In this document: one piece after another, positions 36,501-47,400 of the stretch | Layout: each line of letters starts with the position of its first letter | How positions within the stretch are numbered: the stretch's first letter is position 1 | From: Macrostomum lignano | Lineage: Eukaryota | Assembly (NCBI GenBank): GCA_002269645.1 | Contig: NIVC01000130.1 | Coordinates: 372,001-436,000 of the forward strand | Direction: 5' to 3' | DNA: 64,000 bases | Position numbers and translations under genes: made by a program | Notes under the pieces: model-generated | What the model saw: only the letters and a program-made list of their open reading frames with translations | Database searches by the model: none | What the model was told of the DNA's origin: nothing

Positions 36501-39500
36501 ATTTGGGAGACTGGGATCTGGGAGATTGGGATCTGGGAGATTGGGATCTGGGAGATTGGGATCTGGGAGATTGGGATCTGGGAGATTCGGATTTGGGAGA
36601 TTGGGATCTGGGAGATTGGGATCTGGGAGATTGGGATCTGGGAGATTGGGATCTGGGAGATTGGGATCTGGGAGATTCGGATTTGGGAGATTGGGATCTG
36701 GGAGATTGGGATCTGGGAGATTGGAATCTGAGAGCGAGATTTGAAATTTGGGGTACGATTTTGGGGATCTAAAGTGCTACTACGAATCTGGGAATGAGAT
36801 AGGCATTATGGGAGTGAGATTGGGAATCTGGGTGAGATTAAAAATCTGGAGTGATATTTGGGATTATTGAGTGAGATCAGGGGATCTGCTGGGAGGGAGA
36901 TTGGAAACGTGGTAGTGAGATTGTATACATGGGAGTGAGATTAGGGATCCAAATGCTGAGAGAGCAGAGATGGCCCTGTTGGAAAGAGGAACTTTCGCAT
37001 TTAAAATTCCCTTTTGAATATACTAACAGAAATTTGGAAGTTGAGTCTGAAAAAACGTGACTTACTAGTCAGCACCTGTACTGAAACCGCATCTGATGCA
37101 GGAAATGCAGTTTTGACTGTTCGCACAGTCAGAGTGTACACAGTGCCCGGATGGAGATTCGTAAAGCAAACGCTATTGATTGCTTCCGAGAGATTTTGGC
37201 ACTTATCTCCGGAACAAATTTCGTAAGTTTGATTGAAATTTTTCGGCGCAGCTGCTGTTATACTATCGTTGGTTGCTGTCAAATTGAAGATTGTTAGGTT
37301 CGGTTTCGGCAAACCTAAAAGTTTATTGTTGCATTCTTTTTTAGTTTTTTTGTATCGGGACATGTCATTTGATAAGTCGTTGATAAGTCATTTAAATAAG
37401 CTCTGATTTGATAAATGATAAAGCATTTGATAATAAAATAAGGCAATTAATAGTGTCCGTTTATTTAAACCAAAGATACTAAAATAGCTACTCGTGGATG
37501 GGCCACTCAGGCATATATACTTAGTAAAACAGCTTTCTACTTTCAGTTCAGTAGCAAAGAAGAATACATATAGGCTATTTTATAAAAAAAGCAGCTAAAA
37601 TTACTTTGATTTTAGAAGCCCAAGCTTGCAGGAGTTAAACATCTTGCTAATTGGTTCAGCAGTAATGTACATTAGCCAGTCCACTGGAGTGTACATGACA
37701 GCTTTAGGCTGAAATTCCGAGAAAGGCAATAAAAATTGGGCGGGGCGGGGGGTAGTGTTAAAAGGCGCGATTGGAGGGCTCTAGCGGGGGTGGCGGGTAA
37801 GAGTTAGAGCCAATAAATGCCTTGGCTTTAAAATTACATAAAATGCTTACTGTTCAACTTACTACTGAACTGAAAGTAGGTTACCCGCAAATGTGCCGAG
37901 TGCTCATCTAGTTATTGTGTGATTTTGTGATTTAAACACGTGTCACGTGACAAAACATCGTTTTTATTTTATCGATCCGCCACCCTTAGCCGTTCTTTCC
38001 ATTCCCTAGGCTTCGCTACCCCGGCCCCTACTCCACTCCGCGCTCTTGTCCTGAACCGTTTCAATCTTTTTTGGACGCTAGTCACGGCCTAGGCCATCGC
38101 AATTAATGTACGAGTATATTCATTCAGTTTTCTCCTTACTCCGTGATCCCTAAATGTACATTAAGCTTTTAAGTGTACATTCAAGCTGAGTTAAAAATTT
38201 AAATTATCCTGATAGCTGATCGCTGAAGGAAAATAATACTGTACAATGTACAATTGCATGTACACCGCAGAGGGGTCGTTCCACAAACCCGAATTTTCAC
38301 ATGTTGAAATTTCACAACACCGGATTTTATTGTACTTTAACAAACACATTTTATTTGAATGCGTCGTTTGTGATCGAATGATCTTAAGCGTGAACGAGTG
38401 CAGTATACTCGTAGCGTCACTCTATGGCAAAATATTCTAACCTACCGTAATTATTGTGGGGAATGTGGGTCACTTTAAAAAACCCTAATATTTCATAGGC
38501 TCATAGCTAATTGACCAATTGAAGTACCATTTTCTATACAGGGTGTATTTAATGGCCTTACCAATGGAATGCCACTGATAAACAGATGTTGGTGCCAGCA
38601 AACTTTTCTAGCCATAAGGTTAACACTACGAGCTAAGAGAGTTGCACACTAAAAACTCTGAAGCACAAGCTTAAGCCTTTTAGCTTTAAACATCGCTGAC
38701 AGTGGCAAATTATTACGAATCTAAACATATAATTTTATAGAAAGCTTGTTTAATAAGGTTTACAATAAAATTGTTGACATTATCACTTGTGTGGTAAAGC
38801 ATTTGGTACACGAATCTAAGACGACCAAAACAGCTTTTCTTATCTTACTTGAATCTAGTAGAGAATTTGATTTTTATCTACAGCTGAACATAGTTTGTTT
38901 CATAGGGTCCATCTATTGCCCATCCATATTTTACTCACTTGTTATTGCCAGCAGCCACTGCGTTGGACCTTCCCTATAATCGGGACTTTCAGCAACGGCT
39001 CTAATGGTGATGTTGTAGACTTCTCCACTTGAATTGTAATAACAAGTGTGCCTCATTGATTTTGTCTCCACTGCAGCAGCTCTGGAGCCGCAGTTGACAA
39101 AATATGTCAGATTTAAATGTTTCACCGCCTGACTGACATTGTCTGGCCAGGACCAAACAATCTCTATCAATTGTGTTGTTGTACGATTCACCTGCACTTT
39201 TAGATTAGGAAGTTCTACTGGTTCTGGCGGGGTTTGCACTGCACTGCCAGCTGTTGTTACGGTAGTTACAGTTGTAGTAGTTGTTTGAAGGATTGCAGTT
39301 GTAGTCGTAGTTGAGGAGTCAGTTGTGCGGGAATTTGTCGTAGTCTGCTTTGTCGAGTTGGCAGTAAATGAAGCCGTAGTGCCATTTTTAGTTGTAGTTA
39401 AAGTTTTAGATGCAGTTGAAACGGCAGTTAAAGAGGCAATTGTAGAGGCAGTTGAAGCGGCAGTTGTAGAGGCAGTTAAAGCGGCAGTTGTAGAGGCAGT

Positions 39501-40016
39501 TGAAGCGGCAGTTGTAGAGGCTGTTAAAGCGGCAGTTGAAGCGGCAGTTGAAGCGGTAGTTGAAGCGGCAGTTGTAGAGGCAGTTAAAGCGGCAGTTGTA
39601 GAGGCAGTTGAAGCGGCAGTTGTAGAGGCTGTTAAAGCGGCAGTTGAAGCGGCAGTTGAAGCGGCAGTTGAAGCGGCAGTTGAAGCGGTAGTTGAAGCGG
39701 CAGTTGTAGAGGCAGTTGAAGCAGCAGTTGAAGCGGCAGTTGTAGAGGCAGTTGAAGCGGTAGTTGTAGAAGCAGTTGAAGCGGCAGTTGTAGAGGCAGT
39801 TGAAGCGGCAGTTGTAGAGGCAGTTGAAGCGGCAGTTGAAGAGGCAGTTGAAGCGGCAGTTGTAGAGGCAGTTGAAGCGGCAGTTGAAGCGGCAGTTGAA
39901 GCGGCAGTTGAAGCGGCAGTTGAACTAGGCCTAGACTGCTCACTGGTTGGATTTGCCAGAGAAGCCAGCACCAAGCTCGCTATGATGGCTAGCAAAATAG
40001 CAATACCTTTACTCAT
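24427..40016 (-). CDS. RPTP-A: receptor-type protein tyrosine phosphatase, 10 exons, 1048 aa (single PTP domain, R3-like)
   Basis: Exons 40016-38939, 37314-37066, 35787-35461, 30546-30302, 29941-29763, 29668-29381, 28350-28078, 27984-27678, 27104-27029, 24551-24427; all GT-AG, phases 1,1,1,0,2,2,2,0,1 consistent, 3147 nt with no stop; motifs KNRY, DYINA, IASQGP, WAD, HCSAGVGRTG, MVQT. Alternative ATG at 40058. Confidence 0.85.
24665..26985. repeat. 21-bp minisatellite (CACAGTGTCTAAAATGGAACC), ~2.3 kb, with higher-order variants; fills the last RPTP-A intron
   Basis: Direct; the MDSILDT and GFHFRHC ORFs are artefacts. Confidence 0.97.
27029..27104 (-). CDS. RPTP-A exon 9 (GQLAFIYRFLVSYLEKRSYTQPIGD)
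   Basis: CCCTTAG acceptor, GTAAGT donor; completes the Q-loop and last helix (MVQTK|GQLAFIY). Confidence 0.9.
27370..27677 (-). repeat. 31/35-bp array of the RPTP-A exon 8 donor junction (CATGGTGCAGACCAAG|GTGAGGGTTTGGGGT), degenerating distally
   Basis: Unit = last 16 nt of the exon plus first 15 nt of the intron. Confidence 0.93.
27678..27984 (-). CDS. RPTP-A exon 8, catalytic exon (WADY, HCSAGVGRTG, MVQTK)
   Basis: PTP signature motif; 307 nt, phase 2 to 0. Confidence 0.95.
28078..28350 (-). CDS. RPTP-A exon 7 (GLDRQREFIASQGP...KCERFWP)
   Basis: PTP motifs; AAATCAG acceptor, GTAAAG donor. Confidence 0.93.
28455..29262. repeat. 32-bp intronic minisatellite (CCTAGTTCACTCTCCTAGTCCTATAGTGTACA)
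   Basis: Period 32 (28501 to 28533). Confidence 0.96.
29381..29668 (-). CDS. RPTP-A exon 6 ([18 protein letters not shown]...DYINANYI)
   Basis: PTP N-terminal motifs; GTGAGC donor. Confidence 0.93.
29763..29941 (-). CDS. RPTP-A exon 5, transmembrane (LLAVGLTGTMLFLAIAVVAVTASLFLRR)
   Basis: Hydrophobic helix followed by basic residues; TTCCAG and GTGAGT sites. Confidence 0.88.
30302..30546 (-). CDS. RPTP-A exon 4, membrane-proximal FN3-like (NLMPGFEYNLTYWAV)
   Basis: FN3 LxPGxxY motif; CTCCCCACAG acceptor, GTAAGA donor. Confidence 0.82.
30830..32045 (+). mobile_element. Decayed Ingi/I-group-like LINE X, part 1 (RT region) in RPTP-A intron 3
   Basis: Fragments VWNTIKCLS, LFLLYVN...YADDIALW, KFLGVWIDRGL, ALAHREWGW across frameshifts and stops. 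Confidence 0.8.
32050..33940 (-). mobile_element. 5'-truncated Ingi-like LINE Y (RT C-half, RNase H, C-terminal zinc finger) inserted into LINE X
   Basis: Open 594-aa ORF: GLPQGSVLAP upstream, YADD, FLGLTLD, WTDGS, FTDSQ, WIPAHCGIPMNERAD, CPDC...EQHILYDC. Confidence 0.9.
33945..34640 (+). mobile_element. LINE X, part 2 (RNase H second half, C-terminus, AAC-rich tail)
   Basis: ILADSQS, LQWVPGHSGVHGNELVD; stop at 34617-34619 followed by CAACAACAATAACA. Confidence 0.75.
34640..35260. repeat. 12-bp minisatellite (ACAACACCAGCG)
   Basis: Direct; the TTPA, VVAG and RWCC ORFs are artefacts in an intron. Confidence 0.95.
35461..35787 (-). CDS. RPTP-A exon 3 (FN3-like, Cys-containing)
   Basis: CTAAT...ACTGTTTCAG acceptor, GTGAGT donor, 327 nt, phase 1-1, open. 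Confidence 0.75.
35870..36770. repeat. 15-bp minisatellite (GGAGATTGGGATCTG / GGAGATTCGGATTTG)
   Basis: Direct; pentapeptide-like GRLGS and DWDLG ORFs are artefacts. Confidence 0.95.
37066..37314 (-). CDS. RPTP-A exon 2 (FN3: NLHPGTVYTLTVRTV)
   Basis: FN3 motif; CTTTTAG and GTAAGT sites, 249 nt, phase 1-1. Confidence 0.87.
37537..37879. mobile_element. Putative MITE, 343 bp, with perfect 18-bp terminal inverted repeats
   Basis: CTACTTTCAGTTCAGTAG (37537-37554) and CTACTGAACTGAAAGTAG (37862-37879); no clear TSD. Confidence 0.55.
38939..40016 (-). CDS. RPTP-A exon 1: signal peptide, STAA-repeat mucin domain, first FN3-like domain
   Basis: MSKGIAILLAIIASLVLASLA signal; about 200 aa Ser/Thr/Ala; IEIVWSWP...YNITIRAV; A|GTGAGT donor. 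Confidence 0.87.
39420..39921 (-). repeat. Coding minisatellite (12-nt and 21-nt cycles) encoding STAA/STTAAST
   Basis: ACTGCCGCTTCA and ACTGCCTCTACA blocks in frame within exon 1. Confidence 0.9.
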
Positions 40017-40654
40017 CTCATCGGCTATTAATGGGATCGAAGAAGAATATAATCTCATGGACTTACTGTGTGTATAGTTCTTTTAATTTGGTGAGCTTGT
40101 TGCCACCGCTTCAATATATGTGTTTGCATGTGCGTACATTGTCCCTTCGAGATTGCAGTACAGATCTGCGAGCGTTATTTACATAAAATAATGTAAATAC
40201 ACTGTGCGCGCTCGTTTCACACACTCTCTCGGGTTTCCGGTTTGGCATGCGTGTATGCGATCCTTGTATATGTGAACCTTACCCAGCCTGATCTTGATTG
40301 AACCGGCTTACATGTGTTTATATGCTTTCTAGTTACCTGCGCACATGTAAAATATTTAATAATTAATAACAGTATTATTAATTGTGAGCTGAGAGTAAGG
40401 TTTAATGAAAACAAGTAAATCATGACTACAATTGATCAAGGATGCGCTTTGTACTTTGCGTATGCATGCATATATTTTCCAGTGACTTGCAGCGTTTAAG
40501 GTGGCCTTTAGTTTGCTGCTGTTGGCAGCTGCTGTACGATACAGTCTGACTATTTTTAGATGTCTTTTACTTTCTAAATAGCTATTATTATTATTTAATG
40601 TCCCGCATAAGTAGGCACTGACTCTCGCTGATTGCTAACCTTTATCTAAGCTTT

Positions 40655-41850
40655 CTCTCCCCTTCTCCTCTCTCCCTCTCTTCCTCTATTCCCCATCTTC
40701 CTCTATTCCCCATCTTCCTCTATTCCCCTTCTTTCTCTATTCCCCTTCTTCCTCTATTCCCCATCTTCCTCTATTCCCCTTCTTCCTCTATTCCCCTTCT
40801 TCCTCTATTCCCCTTCTTCCTCTATTCCCCCTCTTCCTCTATTCCCCTTCTTCCTCTATTCCCCTTCTTCCTCTATTCCCCTTCTTCCTCTATTCCCCTT
40901 CTTCCTCTATTCCCCATCTTCCTCTATTCCCCTTCTTCCTCTATTCCCCCTCTTCCTCTATTCCCCCTCTTCCTCTATTCTTTTACTTCCTCTATTCCCC
41001 ATCTTCCTCTATTCCCCATCTTCCTCTATTCCCCATCTTCCTCTATTCCCCCTCTTCCTCTATTCCCCTTCTTCCTCTATTCTTTTACTTCCTCTCTCCC
41101 CCTCTTTCTCTCTCCCCTCTTCCTCTCTCCCCATCTTCCTCTCTCACCCTCTTCCCCTCTCCCCATCTTCCTCTCTCACCCTCTTCCTCTCTCCCCCTCT
41201 TCCTCTCTCCCCTCTTCCTCTCTCCCCATCTTCCTCTCTCACCCTCTTCCTCTCTCACCCTCTTCCTCTCTCCCCTCTTCCTCTCTCCACATCTTCCTCT
41301 CCCACCCTCTTTCTCTCTCCTCATCTTCCTCTCTCACCCTCTTCCTCTCTCCCCTCTTCCTCTCTCCACATCTTCCTCTCCCACCCTCTTCCTCTCTCCC
41401 CATCTTCCTCTCTCACCCTCTTCCTCTCTCCTCATCTTCCTCTCTCACCCTCTTCCTCTATTCCCCATCTTCCTCTATTCCCCTTCTTCCTCTCTCCTCA
41501 TCTTCCTCTCCCACCCTCTTCCTCTCTTCTCATCTTCCTCTCTCACCCTCTTCCTCTATTCCCCATCTTCCTATATTCCCCTTCTTCCTCTCTCCTCATC
41601 TTCCTCTCTCACCCTCTTCCTCTCTCCCCATCTTCCTCTCTCACCCTCTTCCTCTCTCCTCATCTTCCTCTCTCACCCTCTTCCTCTATTCCCCATCTTC
41701 CTCTATTCCCCTTCTTCCTCTCTTCTCATCTTCCTCTCCCACCCTCTTCCCCTCTCCCCATCTTCCTCTCTCACCCTCTTCCTCTCTCCCCTCTTCCTCT
41801 CTCACCCTCATCCTCTCTCACCCTCTTCCTCTCTCACCCTCTTCTTCTTC
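40655..41850. repeat. CT-rich 16/17-bp minisatellite, left half (host of the Gypsy insertion)
   Basis: TCTTCCTCTATTCCCCT grading into TCTTCCTCTCTCACCC; continues at 52070. Confidence 0.93.
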
Positions 41851-41852
41851 TA

Positions 41853-42096
41853 AGTAAAGACTTCACTTAGTTTGCGTGGCAGAAAGATGCTTATGCGATA
41901 GCATGATAAAATCATTCATATGTATTTGTCGAAATAGTATTTTAACCGATCAATAATTTGGGGACTGTAAAATAGACATATTAGTCACGTGCACGTACGC
42001 ACAAAAGAACAAGCGAAGAAGAGAGTTGAAGAGCACGATGGTAAAGTGTACGCAGCAACCCCCAGCACCCCACACAACACAAACCAAGTCACTACA
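41853..42096 (-). repeat. 3' LTR
   Basis: Matches 51823-52069 except about 4 substitutions and 2 small indels; terminal base altered. Confidence 0.95.
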
Positions 42097-42105
42097 CTCC
42101 TCCCC
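42097..42105 (-). promoter_or_regulatory. Polypurine tract GGGGAGGAG
   Basis: Immediately 5' of the 3' LTR on the minus strand. Confidence 0.85.
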
Positions 42106-42187
42106 AACAACTGCAGAAGCAGGGAACAGGAATTAAAAGAAACTATTTAGTCCGCAACTCAAAGAGCACTAAATAACGGAATCACAG

Positions 42188-42524
42188 TCACTGGTAACAC
42201 AGTCGATTAGGCTCAGTTCGGATCCTGGTCGAGCGCCGCGGCAATGCCAAATCGCTCGCATTCGTGGCGTCGCAGGCGACCGCCAGGCCGGGGGCAACAG
42301 CTGCGCCGGCCGCTGCTGGCGGATCTTCCGGCGGATCAGCGACCTGCTCAGCCTCGGGAGCTTCGCCAGCCGGTACAGCATCCGCGGGTCTGCGAACTTG
42401 GTCGATGTGCCGTTGGACCTCCCGGCCGTCATCAAAGTGGCACGAGAACGACGCTGCTCCAGAGCTGGCAGTCACCACCGCCGGCTTCCATCTGCCGTCA
42501 TCAGCGAAGTCCCTGGCAACCACG
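42188..42524 (-). pseudogene. Integrase C-terminal remainder (after the LINE insertion)
   Basis: Rejoining across the TSD gives GDAVVAR-DFADDGRWKPAVV...RRSTR*. Confidence 0.85.
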
Positions 42525-42996
42525 CACGCGAAGGTGTATTCAGCACGCCAGTGAAGTATGAGACAGACCAGGCCTAAGGGCTACGGTCTGCGATGCTTCA
42601 CGCCTGCCCCTATCTTCAGCAGGTCAAGGCTGGAGAGGGAGGTCTGCACCCGCTATTTGCCGCTGGCAGCCGCAGACCCCCCCCCCTCACGCTGTTTCAC
42701 AAGTCGACCCAGGGTACTCGTCCCCGCGTGTGTTCAAGGCAGACCCTAGGGCTGCTGGACAGACTGGGCTCCGACGCTGGCGACCCATCCAGTGGCTTCG
42801 GCCGAATTTGGGTATGCGGGTCTGGCTTGCCAGCCTGCAGGCCGTGGTACTGCTTAACGTACCCCCTAATGCCTAAGGTGTTTGACCGTGCCGATGGGCT
42901 GGAAGGCCGGTGGGTTGTCCGGTCGCTAGCGGTCCCTTTCCTTTTCTTCTTTCCTCTTTCTTTTGTGACTCTGCTCACTCCTTCCCGCTTTCAGCT

Positions 42997-44462
42997 ATGG
43001 CGTCATCCGCCTCTTTAACCCCCGCTGAAGCCGGGGCCCCGGCAACTCCGGCCGGTGACTCTGGCACCAGCGCCGCCCCACCGGGGGCAGATGGGCTTGC
43101 CGCCGGCTCGGCTGGTGACATGCCCGCACGCGCAACCGGGCCCTCCGCTGAAGCCCGACGCACCCGCAACCAACGCCGCAACGAGCGGCGACGGCGACTA
43201 CGGGGTACTGCGGGCCGGCCACCGGCGGAGGGGAACCTAGGGAGGGCGAGGCTGCTGTTGGGCCGAAAGGAACCACAGCAACCCCTGCCCCCCAGGATAC
43301 AACCCCCGCTGGTGAGCCACCCAGTATACCTGCTACAAGCGCGGCCGGGCCTTCGGGAACCGCCGCCACCAACTACGCCTCAAAGGTCAAGCTCCAACCG
43401 GCGGTCATCGTCTTCGGGGAAGAGCAGGACCTCACGGCCGACGAGCTCGACAGTGCCTGGCGCACCATCGATGCTGCGCTCATCGACCAGCTCCTGGCGG
43501 GCCGCCCTGTGAGCGTGGTCAAGTCTGCCAAGACCGACGGCTGCATCTTCATCTGGTGCAGCTCGGAGGAGAGCAGCCGCAATCTACGCGAGCTTCTGCC
43601 AAAGCTGAACTGGCCGAAGAAGCTCGGCAAGCTCGTCTTCGCCAGCGAGGGCGAACGACAGAAGACCCAGCGCTTTCGCGTCTGGATCCCGGCCGGCAGT
43701 GCCATTAAGTCCGGAGATCAGCTTAGGCAAATATTGCTAAAGCTGCACCCCGACCTTAAGGTCAACGGGCTCCTACACCACGCCACTTCCCGCAAGGAGA
43801 AGGGGGCTACGGTGATCCTAGGGCTCTCTGATGACTGGGCTAAGCGCTTGCCGCCTAAGTCCACAATTCATATTGGTCTGACTCAGCTGACCATCCTCCG
43901 TTGCGAGGAGCGGAAAGCTGATGAAGCCAAGAATGCCAAAGCTTCCGAAACCGGAACTGGGGCCCAGGCTCCTCCGGCAAAGAAGCCGAGGCAAACGGCC
44001 GATCCTATGCCCGGTAAGGCAGTTCGCGCTGCTGAAACCGGAAATCGCAATCGCAGACCCGCCAGGAGCACCCGGAGGTCCGGCCTGATCCAGCGCGCGC
44101 TGGACCAGGCCAAGAACCTTCGTGCGCATCGTGAGCGGGCCCGCGCTTCTCGCGCTCCACCCCAACAGCCAGAAGGCCAGACTCTAAGCGGGGAGGCTCC
44201 GACCGACTGGTTCGAGTCTGTGACTCACCAGGAGGCTGGCGCCACCCGCATCGACCTGACCGACGAGGCAGAGGGGACGGGCAGTGACAGCACCGAAGCA
44301 CGCAGGAGAGGCGACGGTAACGTCCACGCTGGGCTCACGTCCGCGGAGGACTCCACAGCCACCCTAACTGCTGAGGACGCTGAAACTCCCATGGAGGTCT
44401 GCGGGTCACCCACCACTGAAAAGGAGGAGGATGACCTGCTCAACGATTCCCCAACTGCGTGA
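42997..44462 (+). CDS. LINE ORF1 (gag-like, DUF4780-like region), one frameshift near 43290-43320
   Basis: MASSASLTP... joins the frame carrying QRFRVWIP...GATVILGLSDDW via a shift near C runs. Confidence 0.75.
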
Positions 44463-44464
44463 TA

Positions 44465-47400
44465 ATGATCAGCAACCAGGGAATCCATTGCCTGCAGATT
44501 AATCTGCAGCACTGCGTCGCAGCCTCGGTCAACCTTATGCGTTACGCCGAGCTCGACAAGCCGGGGCTCATCCTCGTCCAGGAACCCTGGACTCTCAGAG
44601 GTAAGCCTCAAAACGCCCCTGCTGGCTACAATTGTTTTTATACTTACCCTCGCGAGGCCAACCAGCCTCCCAGAGCTTGCATCTTTGCGAGCAAAACGCT
44701 CAGTGCGTGGCTCAGATCGGACCTGTCCAACAGGGACATCTGCGTCATCCAATCCGAGGACCTTCTTCCTGGGAAGACCACCCTCATTGCCTCGGTTTAC
44801 CTACCAGGCGATGCTGCGGTCGTCCCCAGAGCCCTCGCTACGCTGGTAGAGCTCTGCTCTGCCAAAAACTACGAGCTCATGGTTGCCGGCGACATCAACG
44901 CCCACCACACTCACTGGGGCAGCACTGGCATTAATCAGAGAGGCGAAGACCTCCTAGCCTACGTTGCCTCTACGACCCTCGAGTTCTGCAACTCTGGGTC
45001 CACCCCTACCTTTGACAACGGACGGTGGTCGGAGGTGATCGACGCTACGCTCGCAACGCCCAGACTCTACCAGAGTATTGGGGCGTGGCGGGTGCTTCCA
45101 GTGTCCTCACTATCGGATCACAAGTTCATCTCCTTCAACCTAATGGCCGCGCGTAGCGCAACTCGTGTTATGTGGAGACGGAACGCCAGAAATACGGATT
45201 GGGAAACCTTCGGGCTCGCCCTGAAGGAATTCCATCGGTCTCCTGGCCAACCATCCACGATCACGTCGTGCCGAGAGGCGGATGAGTGCGCGACTGTTTT
45301 GACAGAGACGCTAACCGCCGCCTTTGAGGCGTCCTGCCCTTTAAAAGCCTATAAAGGGAAAAAATCGGCGCCGTGGTGGAATCCCGAGCTCGGCAACCTC
45401 CGTCGCAGGGCTAAGAGACTCCACCGCAGAGCAACTAAAACTAAGAGCCCTGCAGACCAAACCGCCTATCATGAAGCAATTCATGAGTTTAAAAGGCAGG
45501 TTAGGAATGCAAAGGCTCAAAAATGGCGACAATACTGTGAGGAGCTAGAGGGCTCACGCCCCACCTCCAGAGTTGTGAAAGCGCTCACGCTGGACAAAAT
45601 GTCTAAGCTCTCCTCGGTCAAACGCACCGACGGTACGTCCACGGACAACCCAGGGGAAACGCTTGATGTAATGCTCACTGCGTTTTTCCCTAACGAGCCA
45701 GCTAACCAGACCACTCCGGATCACTCGGAGGGAGGTCACGCGCTGGCTGCATCTATCATCACGGAGGACCGCATTGTGAGAGCGGCAAATTCCTTCAAGC
45801 CTTTCAAAGCCCCAGGACCCGACGGCATTGTACCGGCCCTTCTAAGAGAGGCGGTTAAATGCCCAGGCTTCCTGCGCAAACTTTGCAGCCTTCTTCGGGC
45901 ATGCATCACGCTTGGTTATGTCCCGCAGGCATGGACCGAGGCAAAGGTGATCTTTATCCCTAAGCCAGGCCGCCCGGACTACCATTCTATCAAATCCTTC
46001 AGACCGATCAGCTTGACCTCCTCCCTGGTCAAGCTGATGGAGAGACTGGTGCTTTGGCGCCTTCTCTCTGTTGAGCTGAAGAACAAACCTCTCAGCGAGA
46101 ACCAGCACGCTTTTCGGGCGGGTCGCTCCACTGAAAGCGCGCTGCACGTCCTGGTCGATAAACTCGAGAAGGCCGTGCTTGGTAGTGGCTTTGCTCTGGG
46201 GATCTTCCTGGACATCATTGGCGCCTTCGATAACGTCCTCTTTGAGGCGTTCCGAAGAGCTCTTTGTGAGAGGCTAACGCACTCACATCTCACCAGATGG
46301 ATCATGTACATGATCAGCCATCGCACGGCCACCGCCAGTCTGCTGGGCTACCAGAGGACGGTCCCGTCTGCAAAGGTAGCCCGCAAGGTGGGGTGCTGTC
46401 TCCAGTTCTCTGGAATATGGTCATCGATGAGCTCCTCCGGGATGTTCGGCCTGACCCCATTCTGAAAGTTGGATATGCGGACGATGTCACCGCGGTGGCA
46501 TCTGGTCCGTCCCCTGATACCCTCAGGGACCTTCTTCAGAACTTCATCTACGCTGCTGAGCAATGGGCGGACCGCTGTGGTTTAAGGCTCTCTGAGACTA
46601 AGACCGCAGCGATCATGTTCACCAGCAGGACCAAGTGGCAGATTCGGCCGCTCACGCTTTACGGAAGGGAAATCCCCTTCTGCAAGCAGACTAAATGTCT
46701 GGGTATTACCCTGGACCACAGGCTGAACTGGTCACCCCACGTTCAAACAAAAGCCAAAAAGGCCTTCGCAGTCCTCGCGCAATTGCGCAGGGCTGTCGGC
46801 ACCACCTGGGGGCTCACCCCCAAGCGCCTCTGGTGGATCTACACTGCAATGGTTAGGCCCGCTATCTCGTATGGCGGCCTGATCTGGGCTAGCGCCCTGC
46901 AGATAAAGACCTGTCTAGAGGCTCTCAGGAGAGCGCAAGGGCGCGCTTGTCGCACGATCATGAGCGCCCCTCCGTCTGCTCCTTACGATGGCCTCAACGC
47001 CTTCCTCAACATTCCTCCGCTGGACATCTTTGTCCGCAGGGAAGCGGCTAAGACTGCCCGCCGTCTAGCTGACGCTGGCATTCGAATCCAGCCCCATAGG
47101 GCCATGGCTAAGCGCAAGCTTCTGCCCCACGCTGACCTCTGCCTCAAGGACTTGAGAGACAGCGGCGGGCTCCACGTCCTATCTGACGGCGAACCCCGCA
47201 CTCTCAACCTCTTTCAGCGCTACAAGGTCACCATCCCCTCTAGGGATGCTGCCAATGACCACTGGAATTTCCAGGAGGTCCATTGCTACACGGACGGATC
47301 CATCAAAGACGGTCGCGCCGGCTTTGGGGTCTGCATCATCATCAACGGCCGCGTAATTGCCACGCATGCCCAGCACACTGGTAGACTCTCCACAGTCTTC

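Noticed and set aside
35962-36772. Pentapeptide-repeat protein (GRLGS/DWDLG)
   Set aside because: It is a 15-bp intronic minisatellite on the strand opposite RPTP-A.
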